From Chrysomallon squamiferum (lineage: Eukaryota > Animalia > Mollusca): DNA of 64,000 nt. Positions 12,710 through 26,347 of this stretch are shown in pieces. The stretch covers positions 5,580,001 to 5,644,000 of the forward strand of contig CM022670.1 in the NCBI GenBank assembly GCA_012295275.1, in the 5' to 3' direction. Position numbers and translations under genes: made by a program. The first letter of the stretch is position 1, and each line of letters starts with the position of its first letter. The notes below the pieces were generated by a model. That model ran no database searches. It was not told the DNA's origin and saw only the letters and a program-made list of their open reading frames with translations.

Positions 12710-13375
12710 ATTAGTCTAACAGTGAGGTCACATATCGATAAATGCTCTCAGCTATTCATCACTGACCTCACGATATTGACGTATCATATCTATTAATGAT
12801 GATATTTTATCATCCTGTCTCACAGTTGTCTAATATAGGCGTTATGTATTTATTAGTGGATTTAAAAAAAAAAAAAAAAAAAAAAAATTCAAAATACTAA
12901 CGTGATATATCTATTATTGTTCTCAGTAGTTTAACAATGCCGTCATATTCTGCAGAATCCCCAAGTGTCGAACAATGACAACACATAACTAAGTGTCCTC
13001 AGTAGTTTAACAATGACGTACTATCTTCCAGCATCCAAAAGGCCGCTTGTCAACAGTGGAGTCCTCATTTGATATGTCATTGTCTAACATTGACGTCAGG
13101 TATTTAATATAATGGTCAATAATCTAACAGTAACGTCATATCTCCCAGTACCTGTCAAACACTGACGTCATATCGTATAGTTTTCACAACATTCTAACAC
13201 TAACACATATCTAACAGCGGTCAATAGTCTAACGATGATGTCCCAAATCTGTCATTATTCTTAATTGTCTAGTGCTGACGTAAATATCTGACTGTAACTT
13301 GACGCCTTACATCTATCAGTTAACTTAAATATTTAATTGTCACTAAATTCGAGTTACCTAACAATGACGCCAACA
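12710..13375. repeat. Old degenerate tandem repeat (~35-40-bp period)
   Basis: Recurring core gtctaacaatgacgtcatatct with many substitutions. Confidence 0.55.
13039..13085 (-). pseudogene. 47-bp duplicated fragment of the neuropeptide exon 5' end
   Basis: aaggccgcttgtcaacagtggagtcctcatttgatatgtcattgtct versus 15176-15222 aaggtcgcttgtcaatagtggagtcctcatttgatacgtcgtcggct: 41/47 identical, same orientation. Confidence 0.85.
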
Positions 13376-14762
13376 GTGTGTAAGTTTAATTATCTAGCTG
13401 GGAATATGTTAAAAAAAATTACCATTATCTAACAGGTATTCCCTTTCTGTTTGAACTAATTTTCTAAAGAAGTTATAATTTAATCCGTAATCAGTAATAT
13501 TCCCTTGTGTATGTGCTTTGTGCAGTCTTTATTTTATAATATGGAAACTTGTCATTTCTGTATTCATGTGGTTTATCGTCAGTATTCAGCTGAGAAAATC
13601 CATTTCTTTCACTTGCTGCTAGTGTAAACTGAACTGCAAAAATATCATGACAACAATGGAGAGAAGTAATTGTTTTAAGATTAAAGTTAACATACGTTTT
13701 ATAAATGACTGATATTGAATAAATGTGTAATAATACTGTTACATTACGCAGTTTGTTTAATACCCCGATTAATGAAATGTTGTTGGAAAATTTTATCACC
13801 ATCCTATTTTCATAAAATTTCTAGATTATTTTGTGGTTTTTTGTGGGTTTTTAAAAAAAAAATGTATAACTAGTCAGCTTTTTTATATATTTACATACAC
13901 CCACAGACAGATACTTACACACAGAAATATGAGTACGTACATACATATATATTCATATGGATATTTAATTCATTATTTAGTGGCTATTTCAGTTGTGTTA
14001 GACAAGTTTTTTTGTATGTTTTTTGTGAGTCTTAACATTTCAGTTTGATTTTTTATTTCGTTTTTTATTTTTCTTAATTTATTTAGTGACTACAAAGGTA
14101 AATGATGTAAAAATGAAGGTATATGTTTAAAACAACTTTTATTACTTAATCTCCAGACATGTCCACTTCCAAAAGACACATGTGTATAGAACAAAGGTTT
14201 ATTTGTTTTTAACGTTTTGCCTCACCATTAAGGAAAGAAAAAGACTGAAGAGCGGTCTAAGTTGAAGACTGTAGACTGACTGGTTAAGTATGTGTAGATT
14301 TGGCAGTTGACTGGGCACAAGGCATCAGAGATGTAAACTCAAGCAGTGCTTCTGGTTTCAAGCCACAGATAGCTCTCGCTAATGGAGCGATGTCTGGGAT
14401 GATATTAATGACATTTGTTTTGTGTCCAATAAATGACAAACTGACAGTCATTGTTCATTCAGTGCCAGAAGGCTGCATTGATCTCAGTGAAAAGTTTTAG
14501 AGCTAATCTAACCTTTTACTGAACTAAATCTCTTTACTTTATATGTAGCATTATTCAAGTAATCTCATCACAGTGTAATTATTTTATAATTTAAAAAATA
14601 TCTAAGTAATATGGAAAATAATGGAAAAGCTAACAAATCGGTATTCACGTTATACATTTTAATGCTAACCAGATTATGAAATGAAAAAGCCAGAAACATA
14701 TTGTGATATAACGTTGGATAGTTTTCATAACGCGATAACTGACGTGTTTGTCAGTCTGATCA

Positions 14763-15220
14763 CTAATTGGAATTACTTTGTCTTTCTTTGCTGTCTTCCA
14801 GTGCCATGGCAGCATATGGATTATCACCGTCTTTCAAATCTTTGTAATATTCCTGCTCGTTGTCATCTTCAAGCTGGTTGCCGTCTTCTCGTTTTCCAAC
14901 AAACATTCTGTATGCTAGAGGGCGCTTTCCAATAAGGTATCGTCGTCGCAGTGGCTTAATCCATCGTTTGCTGAGATCCAAATAGTCAAACCTGTTTTCA
15001 CTGTCCTCTGGCAACCGTTTCCCAACAAACATGTGATTAAATCTCTTCCCAACAAACATGTGATTAAATCTCTTTCCAACAAACATGTGATTAAATCTCT
15101 TCCCTACGAACATATGGTTGAAACGCTTCCCTACAAACATATGATTGAATCGCTTCCCTACAAACATATGATTGTAAGGTCGCTTGTCAATAGTGGAGTC
15201 CTCATTTGATACGTCGTCGG
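14763..15220 (-). CDS. Peptide-coding exon of the neuropeptide precursor
   Basis: ORF 14763-15248 in the track; true start at the acceptor AG (15221-15222). Six 27-nt peptide repeats differ almost only at synonymous positions. Confidence 0.93.
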
Positions 15221-15334
15221 CTGAAAGAAAGGAAGAAAAAAACCACATTACCTATATGTAACTACTGTAGATATTTTAAAATGAAACAAACTATTTTCAT
15301 TATCTGTTATATTACTTCAGTAATACTGGTTTAA

Positions 15335-15405
<71 letters not shown>

Positions 15406-17687
15406 TAACAATAACAATAAAATAAAAACATGAGGTTGAAAAATTCATCTACAAGTTTGTGATGTTGTATATATATATATATATATACTGCAACAAAACA
15501 CATTTAATGGTTAACATTTTCAAAATATTCATTAAGGGCGAGTTAGTTATGTCCAGTGCGACAACGTCATAATGCTTGTATTAACCTACGTTAATTCCAG
15601 CCTGCTTGGAGAGCTTTTGTCAATTTATGTGAAGGTACTCGTGAGGATAAAGGCAGATCAAGAGGGATTTAAATGTCATGGCAGCCACTATCAGCCGTGA
15701 TTGAGTAGAACGTCGTTTTCGACGACTTTGTTGGTCGGAGGTGAAATATCGCTGCTTAACGAGTCGGGTCGTGTTAACTGTTCCAGCAGGACAAACGACG
15801 TCGTGCCAGATCAATCCATTATCAAATGTTTGCAGCTCACTGTCACAAGCCATTTTCTCGACTTTAACGTATATGTTTAATTCCTACAGTGACTCGGTTT
15901 TGGGGTTTTTTTTTTTTTTCGTTGTGAATAGAAAAGTAGTCTCGTTTATTTAAAATTTAACAGCGGCTTCGGAAAATGATTCGATTGAAATTAGAGCGAA
16001 ATACGTTGAAATTGCGGATATTATTCAGTTCAGCGTTTAGTGTATTTTTTTTTTAATTCTTTCAGTTAAATAAAATACAATTTATTTTATTTTATTTTAC
16101 GTATAGATGGTACTAAAATATTCTGAAACAAAGACAACAAATATATTTATAATTTGGAGATTTTATTTTATCCCTATCATCCCTTTCAATCTCGTTTTTT
16201 TTTTTTTATCCTTACATCTTTCGCCTTTCTCTGCATCTTCCCCGCCATACCCACTCTTTATTTCTTTTACATGTATTTGTATGTATCTGTGTATGTGTGT
16301 ATATGTGTATATGTATGTATTTTAGTGTGTTATGTATGCATGTGTGTATGTGTGTATATGTATGTATTTTAGTGTGTGTACATACGTGACTGTATTATAA
16401 GAGTGTGTGTGTGTTTATATGAGTGTGTGTGTATATGAGTCTGTTTATGTGAATGTTTTTGTATGTGAGGGTTTTTGAGTTTGTGTTCATGTGAATGTAT
16501 GTATGTGTGTGTATGTGAGCGTATGGGTATATGTATGTGTCTATGCGACTGTATGTATGTGTATGTATGTTTGTATGTACGTACGTATGAATGTGTATGT
16601 TTATGTTTTATGTATGTAGATGTATGAATGTGTGTGTATGTGTGTTAACAGATTTATAGCACTAATTAAAAGATCAGTTGCAAACTAAATTACCATAATG
16701 TCTTTTCTATACGTTTTATTGCACAGATCTGTGTACTGCGCCATACCATTTTAATGTCAAGTTAAAATACTGTTGTATCGTCGTCATAACATTTCGCTCT
16801 AATATTGTTGTCAAATAAGACTCTGTAATATGTCATATCATTTTACCGAAGAAGAAGAAAATCATATAAAACTATTTCTATCTAAACTTCTTTCCCTGCT
16901 GATATCACAACTGCGATGAATTCATTTGTTTTATGCCACAGCGCTGTTCTTAAACTTATACAGGCTTTTTACAGAGCGGAACATGCCAGTTTTACATTCC
17001 ATTGGTCAGATCAAAATCTACTTTCGTTTTATGTTGTCCAAAATGGAAAACATCGGCAGTCGTGATTAGATGTGCGAATTATTTCCGTGAGGTAGAAAAG
17101 TAAGACTTTAAATGTTGTGCAAAAATGTTCATTATAAATCCAAGTTTTTAAAAAAAAATCAATTTTAAAGAAAGAAATGCATAGTCGTTAAAAGCTTTCG
17201 CGGTTTTTTGTGAAGTCGTTTAATGTGTCGAAGTGACAGGCACGGCTGGCTAGGTGTTTTAAGTGCACCCTTACAAACTTCGAGGGGAAAACTTTGAGTA
17301 ATTCAAGTGTTATAGTGATAGGGGAGATAATCAGCATTTTGAATAAGAGTAAATAAAGAATCTTGTTTGAATTTACAAAGGGAAGTAAATACTTTTGTAG
17401 GGTATCGATTAACAGGAGAAAACTGCCATGTTTTGGTGATAAAGTATTGTACACTCGAGTGAGTTTACAGCAATAATGGCATTCAGTGAAAAAATAATAT
17501 CAACTTTTATTTACAAATAATTTAATAATTCCACTCTATTGCCATGACAACACGCAACTCAATACTGATACACGATAAAATGACAATATCTGTATAGGGA
17601 AAATGTTCTATTACCTTTGACAAAAACCATATACAAAACAAGGACCACGAAACTGCATTTCCATATACACCCCAGCAGATGAGGCAT
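14763..17687 (-). CDS. Neuropeptide precursor, enterin-like / FVamide (HxFVamide; related to Mytilus inhibitory peptide PxFVamide), 176 aa, 2 coding exons
   Basis: Exon 17615-17687 gives MPHLLGCIWKCSFVVLVLYMVFVK+G, with acceptor ttttgcag just upstream and donor G|gtaata. It joins in phase 1 to exon 14763-15220 (acceptor tttctttcag|CC) to give ...VKA-DDVSNEDSTIDKR. Then PYNHMFVG-KR, 5x FNHMFVG-KR, LPEDSENRFDYLDLS-KR, WIKPLRRRYLIG-KR, PLAYRMFVG-KR and an acidic tail. Signal peptide, Gly-Lys-Arg amidation/cleavage sites and acidic spacers are all present. Confidence 0.92.
15336..15420. repeat. (AAT)n microsatellite in the neuropeptide intron
   Basis: Direct reading. Confidence 0.95.
17538..17551. 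promoter_or_regulatory. RFX X-box-like palindrome in the neuropeptide intron
   Basis: attgccatgacaac (12/14 to GTTGCCATGGCAAC), ~65 nt into the intron after the signal exon. Motif match only. Confidence 0.3.
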
Positions 17688-17694
17688 GTTGAAT
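17615..17694 (-). CDS. Signal-peptide exon of the neuropeptide precursor (7 nt 5'UTR plus 73 nt CDS)
   Basis: Polypyrimidine acceptor ttattctcttttgcag|attcaacATG, hydrophobic core FVVLVLYMVFV, phase-1 donor compatible with the peptide exon. The acceptor implies an upstream non-coding exon. Confidence 0.85.
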
Positions 17695-18846
17695 CTGCAA
17701 AAGAGAATAATGTGAAATAGAGTTACAATCGTACCAGCTTTTCTTACAGAACGATTAGGATGTAGAAAAATAATTTTGTCTTTGTGCATCATGTGATGTA
17801 AAATAAAATAAAATATTTGTACAAGTTAATATGTGCGCTTATTGGTTACATATTATATTTATGTGGTATTTAGCTATTAGTTAGTGAGTATAACATTCAT
17901 ATAACTATGTTTTAAGTCTTGTTTTTGTAAGAAAATCATATATCTTTGAATATTTACTAATTTATCAGTCAGTTTTTCCTCATCTTCTATGAAGTATTGA
18001 AAGAACATGTATTATTTATAACAGTGCATTCTTTAACTGCCATAACGCAGGCACTGATGTGACTGTAATAAAAGTTACTGGAAAAAAGAGATTCAAGTGA
18101 TCAAAATGCAGCAATAACACAGTGTGAGTTGGCGCGTTGCGTTTTATAGAAGAACATTTCCTTTCCAGGAGCAATCAAAGAACTTTGTTAGACCGCTGAA
18201 AACAAACAGGAAATAACTTCATCTTAGGCAGACGGCAAAACGCGAGAAATCGTTTAAATACTTTGATGGAGTAACGACGTCACTTAGAAGGGGGCGCAAA
18301 ACGTATTACTGGATGAAGTGACAGCAAGCGAGTGTTGAGTCCCAGTTAAGACTACACGCAATTTGTCAAGATGAGATTTACTGCAGCTCAATCAACGCCA
18401 TTTTGTCAAATAAGAAGAAATGTGTTCACTTATTGCTCTTTAAATAGTACAGACATGAGTTAAATGGATACTTAAGAGGCGGGAATACCTACAACATTAA
18501 AATGAGACAAACACGGGCCACTGTATTAGAGAAACACGTTTTGCACACATCGCTTTTACAGTACTGTGAGTAAGCAGATTAGAACCTGCTGGTGTGAAGC
18601 ACTTGTGCCAGAGTGCTGTGTAATAATTATACATTACAGCTTGTTAAATCTTTCTACAAATATTCAAATATTTTAAATGTACACGTAATGAAATTCATTG
18701 TGTTACTAGTCAATAATGGATTCATAAGATGCCATGAAGTAATTACATTTGTATTCACTCTTGTTTGTTATCTAATTTCTTATAGACCATTTTACTATAA
18801 CAGTATTCCACACATGTTAGTTGTTACCTAGTTTTCTAGTATGTGT

Positions 18847-18946
18847 GTATGTATGTATGTATGTATGTATGTATGTATGTATGTATGTATGTATGTATGT
18901 ATGTATGTATGTATGTATGTATGTATGTATGTATGTATGTATGTAT
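18847..18946. repeat. (TATG)n microsatellite
   Basis: Direct reading; explains spurious ORF 18843-19049. Confidence 0.95.
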
Positions 18947-19039
18947 GCGTGCATATAGCTATATCTATCTGTCTGTCTATCTATCTGTGTACATATATAT
19001 AATGCAATACAAATTAGTGAAGTATTTCTCTAAAACAAA

Positions 19040-19350
19040 TGCATTATAACTTACTGACCTACTTCTGTAAAAAATACATTACAACATACTGAAATATGTC
19101 TCTAATAAAATGCGTTAGTGAAGTATTTCTCAAGTAAAAAAGCATTATAACGTACTGAAGTGTTTCTGTAAAAAATACGTTACAACACACTGAGGTATTT
19201 CTCTAAACAATTCAATACAACGTACTGTAGTATTTCTGTAAAAAATACATTACAACGTACTGAAGTATTTCTGTAAAACACACATTACAACGTACTGAAG
19301 TATTTCTGTGAAAAATACATTACAACGTAGTGAAGTATTTCTGTTAAAAA
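19040..19350. repeat. ~35-bp minisatellite
   Basis: Unit tacaacgtactgaagtatttctgtaaaaaatacat. Confidence 0.8.
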
Positions 19351-19432
19351 AACATATATATATGAAGTGGTGAGAAGAAAATGGACTGATTACTTGTGGT
19401 AACAAGTTAAAGAAGTTAACCTCACAAAGCTC

Positions 19433-20312
19433 TATTTGAATACAAGCTGTCTTACTACGACACACATATTTAAATACAAGTTGTCTTACTACGACACACA
19501 TATTTAAATACAAGTTGTCTTACTACGACACACATATTTAAATACAAGCTGTCTTACTACGACACACATATTTAAATACAAGTTGTCTTACCACGACACA
19601 CATATTTAAATACAAGTTGTCTTACTTCGACACACATATTTAAATACAAGTTCTCTTACTACGACACACATATTTAAATACAAGTTATCTTACTACGACA
19701 CACATATTTAAATACAAGTTGCCTTAGTACCACACACATATTTAAATACAAATTGTCTTAGTACCACACACATATTTAAATACAAATTGTCTTACCACGA
19801 CACACATATTTAAATACAAGTTGTCTTACTACGACACACATATTTAAATACAAGTTCTCTTACTACGACACACATATTTAAATACAAGTTATCTTACTAC
19901 GACACACATATTTAAATACAAGTTGCCTTAGTACCACACACATATTTAAATACAAGTTATCTTACTACGACACACATATTTAAATACAAATTGTCTTAGT
20001 ACCACACACATATTTAAATACAAGTTGTCTTAGTACCACACACATATTTAAATACAAGTTGTCTTAGTACCACACACATATTTAAATACAAGTTGTCTTA
20101 GTACCACACACATATTTAAATACAAATTGTCTTAGTACCACACACATATTTAAATACAAGTTGTCTTAGTACCACACACATATTTAAATACAAATTGTCT
20201 TAGTACCACACACATATTTAAATACAAGTTGTCTTAGTACCACACACATATTTAAATACAAGTTGTCTTAGTACGACACACATATTTGAATATGTTATCT
20301 TACTACCACACA
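19433..20312. repeat. 34-bp minisatellite (~26 copies)
   Basis: Unit tatttaaatacaagttgtcttactacgacacaca; the agtaccacac variant dominates the 3' half. Confidence 0.95.
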
Positions 20313-20671
20313 AACAATCCTAAAGTAGAAATAACAATAATAGAAATAGATCAAACAAAATTATATTTAAAATTAGACAAAATATTAGCGACGGAGTGTT
20401 GAAATCCGCATGTCTGATGCTATACACATTGTATGTATTTCTTTCAGTCGCTCATTAAATATGTTCGTGTATAAAGATTTTTTTACAGAGTCCTTCGTGG
20501 AGAAGTGTTAAATCGCAATTTGCCTCATTAGATTTTGGACACGCAAAACAGTCCCCTGGGGAGAAAAGTAAACGGATTTCTTTCTTAATTTGTTACGTCC
20601 GTCACGTTGTCGCCTTCTCAGGCTTTACTACAACAGTGTTTTCATCAGCATTAATAATAATCTTTTGTTAC

Positions 20672-20736
<65 letters not shown>

Positions 20737-20859
20737 GATGATGATGAAAAATAGTAGTAGTAATAGTTGTCTTTATTGCAGTTATTGTTATTGTTGTGCT
20801 GAAGCTGTAATATTAACTTTTCCTTCGATTTGCTCACTAATAGTATACCAGTAAAGAAC

Positions 20860-21110
20860 ATATCAGTCTAAAGAAAAGTATAATGATAATAATCATCCTA
20901 CTTATCAGTCTGAGTTGATGTGACGAAAGAAAGTATAATGATTATAATCATTCACCTATCAGACTGAGTTGATGTGACGAAAGAGAGAGAAGTAATGATT
21001 ATGATCATCCTACATATCAGTCTCTGAGTTGATGTGGCGAAAGAAAACTAGTTATTATAATCATCCTACCTATCAGTCTGAATGAAAGAAAGGTAATCAT
21101 TATAATCATG
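20860..21110. repeat. ~55-bp tandem repeat (4 copies)
   Basis: Unit containing aatcatcctacctatcagtctgagttgatgtgacgaaaga. Confidence 0.75.
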
Positions 21111-21445
21111 TTTATTATTAGGAAAGGTTGGCCTAGAGACATTAAATAAAACAAAGTGTACAATTGCGTATTTAGGCCAACTGTTATTTTATCCTTCTTC
21201 ATACAGACTTTAATATTTTAAGTGAGAAGGTTATTGCTTTAATATCATATCTTTTTTTTTTTTTTTCAAGTTTAGAAATCAGAGCCCGATGACTGCCAAA
21301 GAGAAACGGACATTTAATTCCTCCCTGGGTAATTGATACTCATATCGAATTGTCTGCCTAGATAAACAATTCCTCCCCTGTGATGTGGCACCAGCTTGTG
21401 TTGCACAACGCTGTAGACCACGTACAAACAAGTCCTGGTTATGTG

Positions 21446-21453
21446 TGACGTCA
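21446..21453. promoter_or_regulatory. Full CRE palindrome upstream of the neuropeptide gene
   Basis: TGACGTCA within a CpG-rich unique island 3.8 kb upstream of the signal exon; another lies at 44874-44881. Motif match only. Confidence 0.3.
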
Positions 21454-21867
21454 GGAGCCGCGTGTCAACACACTTTATTGTGTACACAAGTTTTTACCAC
21501 CTCACACTTAATTATTTATCTGCAAACGTCACGTCGATGTTTGAAATTCACTTGAATACCGAGTTACCTACTGGTTATTTAATACGTGGATTATTCCACA
21601 GTGTCTTATCGAACACGTCATCAGTATAATTATTTTCTTTACCGTACAAGGTACTTTTGCATTTCAATCTTTCGTGACAGCGCAACATTAATTTCCTACA
21701 TTCAGTTTTTGACCTGCACGCAACCCCTTTTTAATGTTATTACTTTTTTTTTTTTCTTTTTTTTTTTTTCTAATTTCTACAATAGGAAGCGATTACAAAA
21801 CCTTTCCCGGATGCTGTTTTTTTATTTTATTTTATTTTTTTTATTTTATCGTTGTTTTTTTTATCAT

Positions 21868-21966
<99 letters not shown>

Positions 21967-22896
21967 TTTTTCGTTTTTTTATTTTTTATTTTTTATTATT
22001 ATTTTATTTATTTATTTAGAGGAAGCTGGGAATGGCTGCACTGAGTATATGTGAATCCACAGACTAACTCATTAAATTTAGACATTATTATGAAAATGCT
22101 GAATAAGAATGTTTCTTTTTTTCCATTCGTATTTTCCCTGTTTTCTTCTTTCCATTTACCTTGCGTTTATGTTTGTTTGTATGTGTCTGTGATGTATGTT
22201 TGTGTGTATCTATCTGTATATGTAAGTATGTGTTATTAAAATTTCATACTTAAGGCCAAATGAATTTATGAAGATCTATTTTTTATTTTTTATTATTATT
22301 ACATGCGAATTGGTAACTGGAAAATAGCTTAACTCAGGCAATTTAATGTAAAAAGGTAACATTAGATTTGTTTCTGATTTATTGTATATGTGGCGCAGTA
22401 TTTTATATCAGTAAATGTGAAAAACATTGTAAATATTAGAATATTCACAAAGAGAACGATTAAACAGCGGTTTCCTTTGATGAGTAATGTCAACTGTTTT
22501 CTCGCCAGTGATTACAAGGCACAGGTTAATTGCTCCCACCTCATTAGTTTACTGTGCTGTTCAAACAGTCGCTGTGTGCGTGTTATCTAGTGTTGGGTAA
22601 ATAACAGCTACTAACAAAACTCTTTCCCTGTACAACAGAAGTGAATTTAAAACACATGACGAGAAATCTGGTGGTTAAAACTTATACGTGTCGTGATTTT
22701 AGCGTGAGAGGGTGGTAAGTTTAACAAACGTACGTGGTAAAAAAATACAGATTACACCTGTTTATGTAGATCCTGATTTATAGAAAATCTGATACAAACC
22801 GTAAATGTATAAATACAGATCACACGAGTTTTATGGAAAGACTGGTACGGACATATTTAAAATGATGACATTTACATTTAAATGGGTAAACATTAC

Positions 22897-22927
<31 letters not shown>

Positions 22928-23749
22928 AGAAACATTAAAGAATATAAAACATATTTACAATTAGATTTGTATCTAACAGTTTTTTAATATTACTATATAT
23001 AAAAGTTATTGAATATTACTATAATATTATAGTTACTTAAATAATTATGAATTATAGCTAATTAATATAACTCTATCTGACAGCTATGTAATATTACTAT
23101 AATATTATGTGACAGCTACATTGTATCACTGTTCATTAAACGACAGGTACTTTAACTGGTCACTTTTGCTGTGAATTACACATATTATTTTATATCATTT
23201 TAGAACTATCAGGTTAGGAAAGAGATTTTCGCTTGAGGTAAGTTTTTACTCTCTGAATTTCAGCACAAAACTGCCTTTCGTGGTTACGGTTCCCTTTAAT
23301 TAATCGTTTTAATCCTAGTTATTTGTGTGTTCTAAAACGCAGTCAGCTTGTATTGATCAGTTTTAACGCGAGTTCTCGGTCAGATCATGAAGTGCGTTTT
23401 TGTTCAAGGAAACTCGGAATGACAATCGGAAGAAAGTGTTGTTATTCGCCATGGCTGTCTTTACTCGAGTGTTTGGAGTCGGCACACTAATTAACATGGT
23501 CGTCACCTGAACACTCTCCATCAGACGCTACCTACAGGAAGTGTGCTTTAATATGAGCCTCAACACCGAGACTGTGCCCAGCCAGCTCATCGTGACGTTA
23601 TAGGTGGACTTAGCACTGAATTTTATTTTTGACAAATTAGTTATTCGTGGTAGGAGTGGACAGCAGCATAGAGAAGAGGGACAGATTTAGACAGAGCGTG
23701 TTATAACCGAAACGTGTTACATATTCTTCTGTATATACATGCAACAGAC

Positions 23750-24252
23750 TGCGTCAGTTTAAATCACGCTATCGTAAACGTGCTTAAATCCTACTTATAC
23801 CTTTACCAGTCTGTCAGTTTAAAACACGTCATCGTAAACGTGCTTAAATCCTACTTATACCTTTACCAGTCTGTCAGTTTAAAACACGCTATCGTAAACG
23901 TGCTTAAATCCTACTTATACCTTTACCAGTCTGTCAGTTTAAAACACGTCATCGTAAACGTGCTTAAATAATACGTATACCTTTACCAGTCTGTCAGTTT
24001 AAAACACGTCATCGTAAACGTGCTTAAATAATACGTATACCTTTACCAGTCTGTCAGTTTAAAACACGTCATCGTAAACGTGCTAAAATAATACGTATAC
24101 CTTTACCAGTCTGTCAGTTTAAAACACGTCATCGTAAACGTGCTTAAATAATACGTATACCTTTACCAGTCTACGACAGTTTAAATCACGTCATCGTAAA
24201 CGTGCTTATTTAAATAATACGTATACCTTTACTAGTCTACGTCAATTTAAAT
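23750..24252. repeat. 60-bp minisatellite (~8 copies)
   Basis: Unit gtcagtttaaaacacgtcatcgtaaacgtgcttaaataatacgtatacctttaccagtct. Confidence 0.95.
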
Positions 24253-24373
24253 CGTATTAGAGATATTCTTTTTTATATGTTTTAAAGAGGTATATTAAGT
24301 AACTGTCACATATAGTTATATTAATTAAATGTTACATATAGTTATATTAAATAAATGTTATATATCTATTAAA

Positions 24374-24416
<43 letters not shown>

Positions 24417-25239
24417 ATATATATATATATCTATCTATCTAATATCTATCTATCTAATTATTAGATGTAGTAATTTTAAGTAACAGAGTGAAATTAATTT
24501 TTATTACTGTAAAGTTTTAAAAGATTGTATTTTGGTGACTTTTGACTAAAAGATTTACTGAACAAGACACTGAATATACCTGACACAGGAAACAGGTTAA
24601 TAGTTTAGAATGAAATTCACATCGCCACTAACTTTGTGTGTTCAGCTCTAACTGAATTGCTCTGTGTATATATCAGTGTGCACGGAGAGATGCCAGTTCA
24701 TCAAAATCTTCACAGACCCATTTTTGCATATCCACAGCATTAGAAACAGGAGCCAATTATCCACCTCTTTCAACAGCAGTAGCCAACATGAATCAGATAT
24801 TAACAAGTTGTGGAGATTGAGCTTTTGGTTATTTATTGTAACAGGGATCTTTTGAGGTGTCAGTTTGATAATCTAATATCTTACTAAAATGTTGTAAGAG
24901 TTAGCGAATGGTTCTGCTAGGGACGTTTAGCCCAAAGACTTTTCCGTTTACAATGTTCTCGCCTTTCTCCGACTGGAACCTATAGGTCTTAATTTCAATT
25001 TATTTTTTGTTATTTTTACGTTTCATTGTACCAGGTCAATAAATAAGGAGTAATAAAGATGTGTAACTAATTAACTTCAAAATTATCAAAAATAAAGTTC
25101 AGAGTAAATATAGTTGACACATTTAACACCTGTTTAACTGCTGAATTTTGATTTAGCGGTTCACCCTAATATTGTTCAAGATCAATGATACTCAGATATA
25201 TCACAGTCTGCCAGTTACAACTACTTAACTGCAGCTAAA

Positions 25240-25600
25240 CTATAACTGAAACTAAACAAGGTTCTTATGTAAATGAAACTGGTGTTAAATGAGATTACAT
25301 TATAAGTGAAACTGATGTTAAACGAGGTTTCATTATTACTGAAACTGATGTTAAATGAGATTAGATTAAAGCTGAAATTGAAGTATAAACGAGATTATAT
25401 TATAAGTGAAACTGATGTTAAATGAGATTACATAATAACTGAAACTGATATTAAACGAGATTATATTCTAACTGAAACTGATGTTAAACGAGGTTTCATT
25501 ATTACTGAAACTAATGTTAAATGAGATTACATTATAACTGAAACTGATGTTAAACGAAATTACAGTATAACTGAAACTGATGTTAAACAAGATTACTATC
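25240..25600. repeat. 33-bp minisatellite (~11 copies)
   Basis: Unit aactgatgttaaatgagattacattataactga. Confidence 0.88.
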
Positions 25601-26307
25601 GAATAATCTTGATTACAGGACCAAAATAACTGAAAACTATTCACTACTTTTTAAATTTAAATACCTGCTAGATTAGAATTTCAAAATAAAAATTACAATA
25701 TTTTAAAGACTATTGTGATTAAAAATACAAAACAAAAATTATTGTCACTAAAAATGCATAATATGTTATTTTACATTGAAATATCTTCTGTTATTGTCCT
25801 TTATAATGCAAAAGTTAACTGATGTTGAACATGTTAATATTATGCTTGTTAGATGTGATAGCATTCATTGACAAAACACATAATGATACTAGTAAGCTGG
25901 TTCAATGGCAAGACGGACTGTAATGTTATTAAAATCAACTCACTGTTAATTAACTTGTCCCATTGTTTCCGAAACCGGACGCTGTACGAACGTTACGCAT
26001 CCTGCCACGACCAGTCAATGGGCTTGAGCGCCACGTGTGTGACAGCACGAGCACCGATCTTAATGGAATCTACCAAGTATGAAATGACGGAGAGCAGATT
26101 CCATACTTCACAGGTAATTGTATCCTCTCACGGACAGCGCCGGGCTAAACACGACAACTCTGTAATTACCCATCTGTGCAGCGCTTTCTGAACGCGAGCT
26201 CAAGCCATGTGTCTGCTACTGAACCAACGAGAGAATCAGTTTTGACAAAGACGCTAAACAACGGTCACTGTTAACTCCGAAGTAGTGTAAACAACGATGA
26301 TAACGTT

Positions 26308-26347
<40 letters not shown>

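Noticed and set aside
15620-15853. 77-aa minus-strand ORF with RRKRR inside the neuropeptide intron
   Set aside because: No signal peptide or compatible splice sites found, and the exon at 17615-17687 already completes the precursor.
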